A DNA stretch of 64,000 nucleotides from Octopus vulgaris (taxonomy: Eukaryota): assembly GCA_951406725.2 (NCBI GenBank), contig OX597820.1:49538001-49602000 (forward strand). The letters are read 5' to 3'. The position numbers and the translations under genes were made by a program. The notes beneath the pieces are model-generated. The model was not told the DNA's origin and did no database searches. It saw only the letters and a list, made by a program, of their open reading frames with translations. Below are positions 18,180 through 32,319 of the stretch, piece by piece (positions within the stretch are counted from its first letter, which is position 1; every line of letters begins with the position of its first letter).

Positions 18180-19700
18180 ACTCTTCCGTCGGTCGACAAT
18201 AGTGTCTCAATCCCAGAATCCTCCAGTCTTTTGGATAGCAGTTCGGCTAGCTGTGACAACCACCACGGGAAGAATTGCTACATTAGCTTTTTACAAGTTC
18301 TTCATCTCTCTGCGAAGCTCCTGATATTTCTCAATTTTCTCAATTTCTTTGTAATCATATGATATTGCAATGTCGATGACCTTACACTATTTTCTTTTTC
18401 GTTTCATTCTCTACTATAGAATCTGGTCTCCTTGATTCAATAATACAGTCAGTTTATAATGAGAGTCTGGTTAGCAATACTCGACTAACAGTGCACTGTT
18501 TTACTGACACAGTCGTGCCTGTGCTTAAACTCTTTTTGCGCTAGTCTACTGTAATCACTTAAGAACTGGTTAATAGTTTCGTCTCCTTTCCAGATTTGGT
18601 ATTTGCTCTCTGAGTTTTATCAATATTTACCGTTACCGTATTCATTCTAATGGCTTGTTCCCGAGCTGTTATAATTTTTGATTCAGTTTCTCGTTTAAAG
18701 TTTCCCCCTGTCAGCCAGAATCAGCATTTTTTTTCTAACGTCCAGACTTTGTTGTATGAATTGGACATGTAATTCCTTCTATTTCCAGGTGTTTGTTCGG
18801 TCCATTTTCCTAGTGTTCTTAAATTCTCCTATTTTCTCAGTCATTTCTTTTTCTAGCAGGCAGTATCGTTTCTTCACTACGCACAGCAATTTTTCAAAGC
18901 CAATATCGCTGTACTAACGGTGTTATCTGTGTTGAACAAGCCTCTGTCTCACTCCTTTCGTGGGAGGTAGATTCTATTGATAGTTCTTTTAGGTTAGTGC
19001 ATGTCGTGCATTGTGAGCAATTTCTTAGTTCTACCAAATTCCTGTAACTGACTTTGTCCATTTTAGAGAAAGAAAAGAAAGGGATTTTTTTTTTGTTTTC
19101 TGGTTTTTAATACTGTCGTGGTTCATGTATTCATTGCTTTCATAAATTCTTTATTTAGTTTCGTTTCTGGCACCTTCTTTATCCTTCTCTTACACTCTTT
19201 CGATTTCCATTACCCTAATTGTACTGCATCACCCCTAGGTATATGTATATCTCATTAATTCTCAGCGGTATATCATTTTCTAATTTTACAGCATCAGATT
19301 TAATCTTTCGGTCTCTTTTCATAAATAGCACGGCACACATTATTACCCTAAGCTGAATCCCAATATCATTGATAAATATTCATATCGTTTGGATCAGAGA
19401 ATCCAGTTCTTTTTTCATTCTACGTATACAGTTAGAGGTCATCCATATACAGCAAGTGATTTAATTTTACTCGTTTTGGCAAGGTAATGCGCGAGCTTGC
19501 ATTTTCTCAATATGCTTTAATGAAGAGTGAATGCAATAACGCTAAGTAATAGATTGACCGAGTTTCCTCGGAATATCTCCGTTCAAGTTTTTATATTTCA
19601 CATTCATATTGGTTTTATTTGACTAATTTCTCCTCTCAAAATTGCTCAGCATTTTTCTATATTACTATATCGGTAAGGCCAATTTGTTATATAAGGACGT
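18180..19700 (-). mobile_element. Decayed R4/Dong-like non-LTR retrotransposon (RT + restriction-like endonuclease)
   Basis: Minus-strand HLLYMDDL (~19435-19460) and RPD...VIDIAI...EIEKIEKYQELRRE (~18300-18430); many stops and frameshifts. Confidence 0.75.
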
Positions 19701-19923
19701 GGTGAAAAATGTATGGAGTATGCGGAGGAACGATGTAAAACATTTAGTTTAACAACCTTTAAATTCTATATTCGAATCTTGTCGAAGACAGACTATCTGC
19801 AAAATATATTAATACCAGTCTAATTCAGCGGTCAGAGAACAGGGCAATAGCTTATCCGTGTCACTGAGTCGATCGTGTAATTAGTTTACAGATAACTGTA
19901 TCTTTGGAATATTCAACGATTTA

Positions 19924-20200
19924 CAGTAATCCCTCGCCATATCGCGGTTCACCTATCGTGGTTCACCTATCGCTGCTCACTTATCGTGGTTCACCTATCG
20001 CGGTTTATTATGTAAGCTTAGGTCGATTTCTCTGTGGTGTTGTTTTGCATTTATATTAAAATAAAAATATACAAATTATAAAGATAATTTTAATAATATA
20101 AAGTACATTACTTTTTCTACTTCGCGGATTTTCACCTATCGCGTTTTTTTTTAAATTTTATTTTTAGAACGTAGCACCCGCAATAGTCAAGGGATTACTG
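19924..20200. mobile_element. pogo/Tigger-like MITE
   Basis: TIRs CAGTAATCCCT / AGGGATTACTG, TA on both sides, internal CACCTATCGCGG repeats. Confidence 0.8.
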
Positions 20201-20300
20201 TATATGATAATGTAACAACTATGTAATTCTATTGAACGAAAACCTGATTGCTGATTATACAAACCAGTGGAGGACCCTTCATATACAGAATGGGATATAG

Positions 20301-20340
<40 letters not shown>

Positions 20341-20777
20341 TGGGAAGATAAGAAACTGTCACATTTCTCTGTCTTTTCTACTGTTCAGCAAAACTGGAAC
20401 AAATCCAATGAGTTGGCGGTGTACGTGGCATATGCATTCAAGGACACCCAACGTGCTAAACTCTCCTACATTCATTACATGTACATGTCAAACACACAAT
20501 TCAGCAATAGCAAAGATGCATAATGGTTATCCCTTCCTCTAATGATGTTGTTAGACTGAAATTCAAACACGCCAACGTAACTTCCTTCAGTCGTCAGTTT
20601 GAAATTGTTTAAAACGAAGGACGATCAGGTTAATCCACACTATGTACCATAAGCACAGTTGCGCCTCCATTAATGCAATAAAATTAAAGCCGACAAAGTA
20701 TATATATATATATATATTTTTTTTTTCTCCTTGATGTGAAGAAATGTTCAGAGCAATATTCTGTTTTTCATTTTGAT

Positions 20778-21174
20778 TACTCTTTTACTCTTTTACTTGT
20801 TTCAGTCATTTGACTGCGGCCATGCTGGAGCACCGCCTTTAGTCGAGCAACTCGACCCCCAGGACTTATTCTTTTGTAAGCCCAGTACTTATTCTATCGG
20901 TCTCTTTTGCCGAACTGCTAAGTGACGGGGACGTAAACACACCAGCATCGGTTGTCAAGCAATGCTAGGGGGACAAACACACACACGCAAACACATATAT
21001 ATATACATATACACGACAGGCTTCTTTCAGTTTCCGTCTACCAAATCCACTCACAAGGTTTTGGTCGACCCGGGGCTATAGCAGAAGACACTTGCCCAAG
21101 ATGCCACGCAGTGGGACTGAACCCGGAACCATGTGGTTGGTTATCAAGCTACTTACCACACAGCCACTCCTGCG

Positions 21175-21178
<4 letters not shown>
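20778..21178 (-). mobile_element. Full-length SINE family A
   Basis: tRNA-like head AGGCGCAGGAGTGGCTGTGTGG...GGTTCAGTCCCACTGCG; tail GACTGAAACAAGTAAAAGAG. Confidence 0.9.
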
Positions 21179-21237
<59 letters not shown>

Positions 21238-21243
<6 letters not shown>

Positions 21244-21480
21244 ACATATAATATAAATAATTTATAAATATATATATATAATATAAATAATTTATAAATA
21301 TATATATATAATATAAATAATTTATAAATATATATATATAATATAAATAATTTATAAATATATATATATAATATAAATAATTTATAAATATATATATATA
21401 ATATAAATAATTTATAAATATATATATATAATATAAATAGTTTATAAATATATATATATATAATATAAATAATATATAAA
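21238..21480. repeat. 30-bp AT-only minisatellite, about 8 units
   Basis: TATATATATAATATAAATAATTTATAAATA repeated. Confidence 0.9.
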
Positions 21481-21529
21481 TAAATATATACATATATGTA
21501 CATACCTACATATATATGTACATACCTAC

Positions 21530-22180
21530 ACATATATGTATATATACATGCATATATGGGTACAAGACATCAAAAAACGTTGAACACAATGAGAAACGAA
21601 ACATAAAAACAAAAACATAGAAAACGAAATTTTTTTCGAACAACGAAAAAACAAGCAGAGAAACGAGACATGCAACATAAAGAATATTCTCCTTCATCAG
21701 TTGTCCCTGTTTCACCCTACTCCGCTTTCCGAAGGCAAGGACAATTTGCGACTTCGTTGAAACAGTCTTTCCCGCAAAGCAAATTAAATAAAATTTGGGA
21801 TTTTTTGCGGAAGGTGAAAGTGGTTACAAGAACAGAACAGTGAGAACAAGACAGTAAAAACAAACGGTGAGGGTTGTTAAACCAAGACGATAGAAAAATT
21901 ATTGTGAACGCTAGGAGGACGAGCTTATTTGAGGAGAAAGGTATAAGCACGTGTTGTCTTTAGGAAGGAAATGGGCAGAAAGATAGATTTCCTTTCGTCA
22001 CCTGTCAACGACGAGAGAGTCAAGGAGGAAGAGTGAGAGAGAGAGAGGGGGGGAACGGTGAAGAGAAGAGGAGGAGAATAGGGAAGGGTGGGAAAGAAAA
22101 CCAGAAAGTATGAAGAACAAGAGAGAGAGAGGGAGAGAGATAGACAGAGAAGAGATAGTAAAGATAGAAGAGTGCGCATG
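21530..22180 (-). mobile_element. Unclassified ~700-bp dispersed element (second copy 37050-37780)
   Basis: Shared start ATGCGCACTCTT, CT-rich body and end TGTACCCATATATGCATGTATATATACA in both copies. Confidence 0.75.
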
Positions 22181-22626
22181 ATATCTTTAGAGTTTCGATC
22201 GCTTCGAGTTAAATCTTTGGGGTAATCTTAATGTTCTGCTCATCTAATGACCTAGCTTTCTTTATCTGCATTGGTTTGTGAATATATAATTACAATGTAT
22301 AAAGCGGGAATTACATATTAATGTGAACATGTAAGCGTAATTTCTCCCACACTGAAATGAATACTTCATGGAGAAGGTTGCGAAACTGCCGTAATCCTAA
22401 TGATGTCACGTAGGTAAATAAATGTATATTTCCTTCTCATGATTTATATACTCCTCATCAAATAATTTCACCTACCGAACCTTCTGGATTTCAGTTGCAT
22501 TACTCTTCTCTGTATCACTTTACTATGTGAAGTGTTAGCCGTGTCTATAGGAGGAGCCGTTTGAGATAGCTACACGATTTCCTGAATCCACAGCTTATCC
22601 TACAAATATATATATGTGTGTGTGTG

Positions 22627-22660
<34 letters not shown>

Positions 22661-22749
22661 GCGCGCGCGTCAATGTTTTTCTCATTGTATCTCAATAATT
22701 CACGACTGGTGTTGATTTCTATAAGTCCAACGAAGCCACACCTTCGAAA

Positions 22750-23215
<466 letters not shown>

Positions 23216-23672
23216 GGCGCAATGGCCCAGTGGTTAGGGCAGCGGACTCGCGGTCGTAAGATCGCAGTTTCGATTCCCAGCCCGGGCATTGTGAGTGTTT
23301 ATTGAGCGAAAACACCTAAAGCTCCACGAGGCCGCGGCAGAGGGTAGTGGTGAACCCTGCTATACTCTTTCGTCACAACTTTCGTCACTCTTTCTTCTTG
23401 TTTCTGTTGTACCTGTATTTCAAAGGGCCAGCCTTGTCACACTCTGTGACACGCTGAATCTCCCCTAGTCCTACGTTAAGGGTACACGACGTCACCTGTG
23501 CCAAACTGTATCGGCCTTTGCCTTTCCCTTGGATAACATCAGTGGGTGGAGAGGGGAGGTCAGTATGCATGGGCGACTGCTGGTCTTCCATAAACAACCT
23601 TGCCCAGACTTGTGCTTCGGAGGGTAACTTTCTAGGTGCAATCCCCAAGTCATTCATGACCGAAGGGAGTCA
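23216..23672 (+). mobile_element. tRNA-derived SINE family C
   Basis: A box TGGCCCAGTGG, B-box-like GTTTCGATTCCC, followed by a ~380-bp body. Confidence 0.7.
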
Positions 23673-23689
23673 CAATATATATATATATA

Positions 23690-24065
23690 CTCTTACTCTT
23701 TTACTCTGTTAATTGTTTCAGTCATTTGACTGCGGCCATGCTGGAGCACCGCCTTTAGTCGAGCCAATTGACCCCAAGACTTATTCTTTGTAAGCCTAGT
23801 ATTTATTCTATCGTTCCCTTTTGCCGAACCGCTAGTTACGGGGACGTAAACACACCAGCATCAGTTGTCAAGCGATATTGGTGGGGGGGACAAATACAGA
23901 CATACAAACATATACACACACATGCAGTTAAATATATATATATACGACGGGCTTCTTTCAGTTTCAATCTACCAAATCCACTTACAAGGCCTTGTAAGTG
24001 GTACTGAACTCGGAAGCATGTGGTTCGTAAGCAAGTTATTTACAACACAGCCACTCCTACGCCTA
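23690..24065 (-). mobile_element. SINE family A
   Basis: Same family as 20778. Confidence 0.85.
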
Positions 24066-24139
24066 TATATATATATATAAGAATAAAAAAGGGAATATGA
24101 AAAATTAAAAAATTAAAAGAAAAAGGACTTCAATAGAAT

Positions 24140-24360
24140 AATCCCTTCTACTAAAGACACAATGCCTGTAATTTATAGGAAACGGTCTAGTCGATTATAT
24201 CAACCGCAGTGTTTCACTGGTACTTAAGTTGTCGACTCCGAGGGGATGAAAGGCAAAGTTGACCTCGGCAGAATTTGAATTGAGAACGTAAAAAACGGAA
24301 GAAATACCGCTAAGCATTTTGCTCAGCGAGGTAACGATTCTGCCAGCCTACCGTCGTAAA
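24140..24360 (-). mobile_element. SINE family B
   Basis: GATGAAAGGCAAAGTTGACCTCGGCAGAATTTGAA. Confidence 0.8.
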
Positions 24361-24639
24361 CTTCAATTAAATAATAGATTCGATTTGGTTCTTCATTACA
24401 GGTGCAGCCAAACGGCTGAAACGAGTATATGAGTAAAAGAATATGTTTGTAAACTTATGTATGTGTGTGTGTGTAGAGAGAGAGAGAGATAGAGAGAAAG
24501 TCTTGCATATATATATGTGTATATATGTACATGCGAATAGATATGTATATATATATATATGTATGTATATACACACACACACACACATATATATGCACAC
24601 ACACACGCATGCACACATATGCACATGTTTATAAAATGT

Positions 24640-26800
24640 TCTTTCCACAGGATCCTCGATACCGTTTCAATATTTGAAGAACAAATTCATTTATCTTGAA
24701 GGAAGGGGATATTTCCAATTTTCTATTTGCACAAATCTTCACTACATCACTATTATTTGAAGGAGTAATATTGATTATCAAAAACGTTTTTCTTCTTCTT
24801 TTGTTTTTTTTACTAGCACCAATGCTAATCCATTTGGTATACATTCTTTTGGGAATCTCTCCTGAATTCTCATTGGGTAATTTTATATCCCGAATTCTAT
24901 TGCGACCAATGATAATCCTCGGGGGATATTGTCTAGAAGCTACTCAAATCAAAATCAATCAGGACCATGTCGTTATCTACTTTTTCTGGAACGTGGTTTA
25001 GTCACGACTAATGAAACTGAATTTGAACAATGGCTTTAATATATTGTTTAATCTTTGGGTGCTTAATTTTCTTCTTGTAATAATTGAGTGTAATTTTAAA
25101 TCTGACTTTATTGGGAATCTTTGCATATGGTGAATGTCAGTTCTTTAAGATGCCATACGTTCCTTTAGATTTATGGCTTTTCGCTAGTCCATAAAATTTA
25201 CTTGTTTTTACCTCAAAATTCGTTACATTTTCTGTTAAATATTTTAAAAAATTTGTCTATTAATTTACCGACATCTTTTCATTGTTTGTCTGCGTTAGTT
25301 TCTAAATTTTGTGGAAATATTAGTTATTTAGCTTTTCTAAAACCACTTTCTTGTGGTGGGGTGTGTTCCATTATTATAACAACTCATTTGTCGACTTCTT
25401 TAATGACTATAGAGGAATCTTTCTTCGGATATTTTAACATTTTTCCTTCTCCTTCGTAATGTCAGAGTTTGCTGATCTTTTGAGACGAGTTATGTACTCC
25501 ACTAAGTGTTTATTCCTTTACTGTGGAGGTTCCATTCCTCCTGTCTTTTTACAAATAATGGATCGATGGATCTTCGTAATCCTTCTTTTGCAAGATCTCA
25601 CTTAGACAAAGTTTTCAGCTAAGTTCCTTAGTATATTTTTTAAGTTATGTTATGTCGTGGTTTGGAGTTGCTATGAAGTTTTACGTGAGTTTTAGTTGTG
25701 ATAAATGTATATCTTTTGGATCAGGTGTTTCATTATTTCCTTAAAACTATACGCATTTTCCCTCATTTTTTTCTTTCTGCTCGACAGAGAAGGCTTTTGT
25801 ATTTGTGAGTTATTTGTATTCTGTCGTTTTATTCTACTGTTTTGGAATGAAGGCTTCCAGTTATGTCCGGTGTTACTGATATGCCATCTTCTTCGGTTAT
25901 GTTGCGTTGTTTTTAGTAGATTTAAACTGTTTTCTTCGGTTTGACATACTATTTTGACCTGTTCTCCTATTGTTATACTTTGGAAATGTTTCATGAATGC
26001 TGGTTTGTTATCATTTCGGCACATGAGGGTTATTGGTTGCTCCCCATTGATTACTTCATGATCTGTTTAGTAAATTATAACGGAAAGATTTACAATTTGT
26101 TCAGTTCTTGCTAGGTTCTGTATCTTTACGATTTTTATGTCTATTTTTTTTTTTTTTTTAGTATTTACTAATTCTCTTCGGTAATTGCTTTCACACTCCT
26201 GTGATTATAGATTTTTCTATTCTAGTGTTATATGTGATTTTGCATCTCCTTTCTAACTCTTTCTCCCTTAGATTTTATATTTTTACTTATCTTCCTATTC
26301 TTTCAATCATTTTTTCTGTATTTTTCACATTTTTTCACATTTTTGATTTGTTTTGAATTTAATTATTCAAAGTCATAGTCGGACGATTTCTGCTTCGAAT
26401 TTTTCAAGTGCGAGATGTATCTTATTTTAGTTTCTTCGTTTTTCACCTTACATCCTTGATTTGGAATTTCCTTGGAAAAAATACTTTTTCTTTGCATTTC
26501 TATCTTTCCTATGTATCTGCCAAGTTTTTGCTTCTAAGTTCTTTCCAGCACACCTGTTTTCTTTGATATATTAATCTATTCCATATTTTCTTCATCTGGT
26601 TCCTCTTTGTGTACGCTTCATTCTCCAAATGAACTTCATTCTCCAAATGAACTTCATTCCATTCCTTAAATATATCCTGTACTTCGGAATGTTCTGCTGT
26701 TGTTGTTGATATCACAGTAGTCGTATTCGGAGTTACTGTAGCGTTTGCAGTTTGTTTTAAACTCAATAAAATCTTCTACATTTTTCCTCTAAATACAGAT
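24640..26800 (-). mobile_element. Heavily decayed Penelope-like retroelement RT region
   Basis: Minus-strand remnants SIVIKEVDK*VVIIM (DKG motif, ~25370-25425), KFYGLAKSHKSK (~25165-25200) and SDLKLHSI (~25085-25105), in PLE RT order. Boundaries are approximate. Confidence 0.65.
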
Positions 26801-27478
26801 TTGTTCTTTTATGTTTTGGAATGCTGACTAGAGTGAGTCGTATTTGTTTGTAGTAATCATCAGTTTCTTCGATATTTTTGGAAAAAATTAGAAGCAGTCC
26901 CGCTACTGATTACATTCTTGTCTGTGCAATTCCAATCTTGTAGTTTTGTTTAAATATTTAAAAAAAGTTTTTAAATGGAGTTCTTCATACTATGTAAATA
27001 TTTGATGAAAAAGTTGCTTAAACTAAACCTATTAATTATAGAAAACAATTTTCAAACTACTGAATGACACAACTCCTTTAGAAATGAACGATTGTAATGG
27101 GTAAGCGCTTTCGTTGTTTACAGCTTTTCAAATACACATGTTATTTGGTTATCTGTATCGAGGACATTGTTATGGGTAGTAGTTTCGATTATTTCTGATT
27201 TCGTTTCAGACTTTGAATTCTTACAATGTATTATTCTTTTTTTTTTGTTCTAATTAATCATTTTCTCCTTGCATTTTCAAAAGAAAAATTAAATAAATAA
27301 TCTAAGTTGACACAAATATACTTGCATGGAACGTTTCTCAAAGATGAACGTGTAATTGTTACTCTAATGAGATATCTAATATGTGATCCTGTTTGACCGT
27401 GTAAATCATTGCACGGTGGGCATATGATTTAATGAATGATATTTTTGGTCTTGCAATTAATATATATGTATATATATA

Positions 27479-28659
27479 GGTTATAAAATGAGATAGGGGT
27501 TGAAAATTCAACCCACCATGGGATAATATATATCCAATATACTGCCAGATAGGTACCCAACAAGATTAATACATAGATGTTAAAAATTGTCAAACAATCA
27601 GTTCATCTAATGTATTATATGGGTAAAGGTAATAATATTACCGTAAATTAATACTACAAAATTAGAGAATGGAGAAACATACTTAAATCAATAAAACATC
27701 AACTATCCGATGATACCCAATCAATACTTTAATACACCATTACATATGAGTAGAGGCATTATACAAAAAGAGATATACATTAATAGTAAAAAGATAAAGA
27801 GATATAAGTAAAAAATTTCAAATATAATATGCAATTAATCAAAACTGACAGCTGTTTCGGCAGTGAGGGCAGTCATACCTCATTTAACCTATAAGCCATA
27901 AAGGCAGGTATAAATGAGGCATTAACAATGGTGCCCCACGGCCTCTTCAGAGAATTAAATTAAATTTGTTATAATTGTGAAAAATATTATATACTCATAT
28001 ACATATAAATATAAAAATATAAAAATGTAAAATATAAAAACTTATACATCATAATGCTACACTTATATAATATAATACACATTGGTACAATAAAGGAAGG
28101 TAAACAGAACAAAATAAAACAAAATATATATCAGTGTATATATTAATATTAATATCGGTACTTATTAATATTAATATATACACTGATATATATTTTGTTT
28201 TATTTTGTTCTGTTTACCTTCCTTTATTGTACCAATGTGTATTATATTATATAAGTGTAGCATTATGATGTATAAGTTTTTATATTTTACATTTTTATAT
28301 TTTTATATTTATATGTATATGAGTATATAATATTTTTCACAATTATAACAAATTTAATTTAATTCTCTGAAGAGGCCGTGGGGCACCATTGTTAATGCCT
28401 CATTTATACCTGCCTTTATAACTTATAGGTTAAATGAGGTATGACTGCCCTCACTGCCGAAACAGCTGTCAGTTTTGATTAATTGCATATTATATTTGAA
28501 ATTTTTTACTTATATCTCTTTATCTTTTACTATTAATGTATATCTCTTTTTGTATAATGCCTCTACTCATATGTAATGGTGTATTAAAGTATTGATTGGG
28601 TATCATCGGATAGTTGATGTTTTATTGATTTAAGTATGTTTCTCCATTCTCTAATTTTG

Positions 28660-28661
<2 letters not shown>
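27479..28661. mobile_element. Fold-back element in (TA)n: ~500-bp near-perfect inverted arms (27655-28154 / 28163-28661), each with an HHR
   Basis: 8-nt spacer TCGGTACT; arms almost identical; flanked by TA repeats. Confidence 0.9.
28361..28476 (+). ncRNA. Hammerhead ribozyme with long stem II (mirror copy 27841-27956 on minus)
   Basis: CUGAAGA (28367) GGC...GGGCA...UGCCUCAUUUA//UAAAUGAGGUA...UGCCC...GCC GAAA CAGCUG UC (cut after 28470); palindromic stem III ACAGCUGU; stem I weak. Confidence 0.8.
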
Positions 28662-28712
<51 letters not shown>

Positions 28713-29284
28713 TTATATTTATATTTCGGAATAGTATTTTTTCTTTTGTCAAATATACACACGCACTATATATTCGATCTTCGTTTATTACTGTTCTTAT
28801 TTGAACTGATGTCCATTGTCCGGAAATCTATCCTCACACATTTGTGACCTCTTCAGTGACACTTTCCGTCCTCGTGTATGTTCCTGTTCCACTTAGTCCT
28901 TTTCGTTCCTTTATCTGATAAATATAAGTGAAATTGATGTCTTATATCTATGTACTTTTAAATACATGCACACACACACATCATTCACACAGACATATAT
29001 AAGATATTTTATGTGTTTTTATACATTTCAAATCTAAACAAAAAATGTTCACGTGACTCGAGTTTCACACTACTCCGATATTCACATTTTCTCCTGAAGA
29101 TTGTAGTGTGGGGAAATTCGTTCTGGATTCAATAACAAAAACATATACTCTACGTCACAGTATTGAGTACTTTCTTATTCATCTGATATAGACCATTGTT
29201 GATAGCTATATTTCTATCTATCTACACGTCTATATATATATATAAATATACATACGCACATATATATTTGTGTGAGTGTATACG

Positions 29285-29325
<41 letters not shown>

Positions 29326-29967
29326 TTGTGTGTATGCATGTGTATATGTGTGTGTGCATATAAATATATGTGTGTATACACAGAGAAAGAGAGGAGGGAC
29401 TGTAAGCTAATGAAATTGATTACGTAATACCCGTTCATTTGTCATGTCTTTAATCCATACACACACACCGACACGTGCGCGCCGTCCACACATGCATGCA
29501 CACACATGCATGCACACACACACATACACACACACACATGTAGATATAGAAATCAAAGAGGACGAAGCTGCATTTAGCACAACTTTATAACAAGCTACAA
29601 TTGTTTCTGTGTCTCCGATTTTAACGGCGTTGCTTCTAAATGACTCCATGTGAAGGAAACGCAAGATTTATTGTTGAATATATTGAAGTGACTTTCCACG
29701 ATGCGTTTATTACGTTGTGCAATTTATTGTATGTTACCTTTTGGTAAGATTTATATACGCTGCTTTTCCTTGTAATGTACCTAGAATTCTGCAGAACTGG
29801 ATTTTCAATTTTTGTTTTCCAGGTTCCAGTTCAAGTCAGGAGTTTGGGTTTGTGCTGCAGTGGAAGTTTAACCCCATCAGAACCTATATACTATTTTCCA
29901 CCGCTATCTCTGATTTTTCCTCGTGCCTGTTACTATCACTGACCTATCACTATCTACTTCTCGCCAA

Positions 29968-30190
29968 GGCGGCGAGCTGGCAGAACCGTTAGCACGCCGG
30001 GCGTAATGCGTAGCCGTATTTCGTCTGCCGTTACGTTGTGAGTTCAAATTCCGCCGAGGTCGACTTTGCCTCTCATCCTTTCGGGGTCGATAAATTAAGT
30101 AGCAGTTACGCACTGGGGTCTATGTAATTGACTTAATCCCTTTGTCTGTCCCCTCTATGTTTAGCCCCTTGTGGGCAATAAAGAAATATA
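29968..30190 (+). mobile_element. Near full-length SINE family B
   Basis: GGCGGCGAGCTGGCAGAA head, B box GAGTTCAAATTCC, GCCTCTCATCCTTTCGGGGTCGATAAA body. Confidence 0.9.
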
Positions 30191-30848
30191 TCTACTTCTC
30201 ACCTGATTTTTTTTCTACATGCCCACCATTCCTTCCTCCCCATCACTTTATTTCACCCACTCTATGTCGTCTTCTACCAACCATATTGTTTTAAACTTTG
30301 ATTTTTACACGTCATACACTTCACTACTAACCTATGTCTAACCAAACGAACCAAAGTACTAACCCCTCAGCTTCCTAGAACTTACAGCCAAATATTCCTA
30401 GACTCATATTGTAAAGTAGAAGTAAGCATTGACTTCGTTACACTAGACGAGTGGTTCTTAATTGGGATCTATATGACATTTGGGGAGTGGGGTCCATATA
30501 AGATTTTGTTAAAATTCACCTGCAATAAATTGGCTATGATTCTACAATACACAAAATATTTTAGCAATTTCTTTATACAATTCCTGATAATGTTCAATCA
30601 TAAAAAATATAAAATGTTTTTAAACCTCGAAGTTCCATCTAAATAAAATAAGAATCAAAGGGATCCATAGGAAAAAAAAAAGAAGGTTGAAAAATATTGT
30701 TCAAGACATACTGTGTAAAAATAGAAAATGAAAAAGAATTTGGATGCTCTTTAGTAACAGGTCCATGGGTCTGCTGAAGAAAAGCAGTCTTGGGATTACA
30801 CAACCATATCAGTAAGAACTATTATATTTACCCCTTTCAGAATATTTA

Positions 30849-30910
30849 TCCATACTCATTGTAATTCCATACTCATTGTAATTCCATACTCATTGTAATT
30901 CCATACTCAC
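30849..30910. repeat. 17-bp tandem repeat, 3.5 units
   Basis: CCATACTCATTGTAATT repeated. Confidence 0.9.
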
Positions 30911-32319
30911 ATCACTGATAACCATCCAAAGCTATATATATAACCCTTATGATTCAACGAAGGTGCCAGTTCTGCATGCACTTTCAAACTGCAAAAAATG
31001 TTAGCCAAATTTCCTTCAAATATCGTTCAGGCCATACATAAATGTCTTATATGGGGTTGGGCAAGAAATCTGATGCTTTTTGTTTTAAATGTTGGCCCTG
31101 TGTACAGATAGGGACTATTAGATTATAGAGTTTTATATACCCCAAGAAAGAAAGATAAGGTAGTCGTAAATGGAATGATTTTATTCGTAGGCTTGCCAGA
31201 TCAGATTTAAATCTACCGACCTATGCAACTGTCTATAAGGAAGGGCTTCTCATATGTTAAGTTGAAAAATTTCGTCTGTGATTTATTCCCTTACAATTAG
31301 AAGAAGAGACACTCTTTAGTGTTTGTGTATTTTTTATGTATCAAGCAAGGTAAATAACTTCGTATAATCAGGTAATCTTTATGATTAGAAAATTAAGACA
31401 ATGTAGTTAGGAGTGGATTTTGTCTCTGAGCCAACTGTTGTATGGAAAAGAAATGTTTTCATCCTATTGGGTCTCCTTTGTGACTTTTATTTATCTCAAA
31501 TGACAAAATGGGAAAGAGAGAAAACAGTGAAACAGAAATTGGTGTCAAATAGAGAAATTAGTGATTATTGCTCCAAGATTACGTCACCTTCAGTTCAAAG
31601 TCTAAAATAATAATACTAATAATAATAATAATAAGGGACCATCTCCTCTGAAATAAATCTGAAAAACCAACTTCTCTGAAATAGTCGCATGTTTATGGCT
31701 AGACTTGTCATTAGTGAATACTAGATATAAGAGCTGATTACGCGCTAGACAGATTTACTAGTCTGCTCCATCATGCTAGGTTGTGTATAATGTATCTATA
31801 TGAGATTCCTGAGTAATAATTTTAGTCGTAATATAGTATCCCAAATCAACGATATTTATCCCAGGGAAAAGTTGTCGCTTTAGTGTCAGTACAGCAAGGC
31901 ACCAGTATCACTTCAAGCATCAATGTCAGAACATGAAAAACCTGAAAAGCTGCTGAAAATATTTCACCCAATACTTGAACGGATGAAAAGCGATGTTCAC
32001 ATCGACAGGATTTTAATTCAGTTTACAGCAAGCTGGAATAAAAACTACGAAGCATTATATCTAACATTCTAAAGATTTTCTTTCCAGAAATTGTCTCGAA
32101 TCAAACAAAACATATTTGTCAGTTTGTTAATGAAAATTTCTTCATAGAATTCGAGAATGACATTCTTAAATTCTGCGAAAAACATACATTCATAGATAAT
32201 TGCATGCATGTACCTTTATCCATTAGCGAGGTTTGTTTTTACTTATAGTTTGAATAATTAACTTAAGCCATTCAGGTTTTTCATACAGGGACGAAGATTG
32301 TTTAATATATTCTACAATT

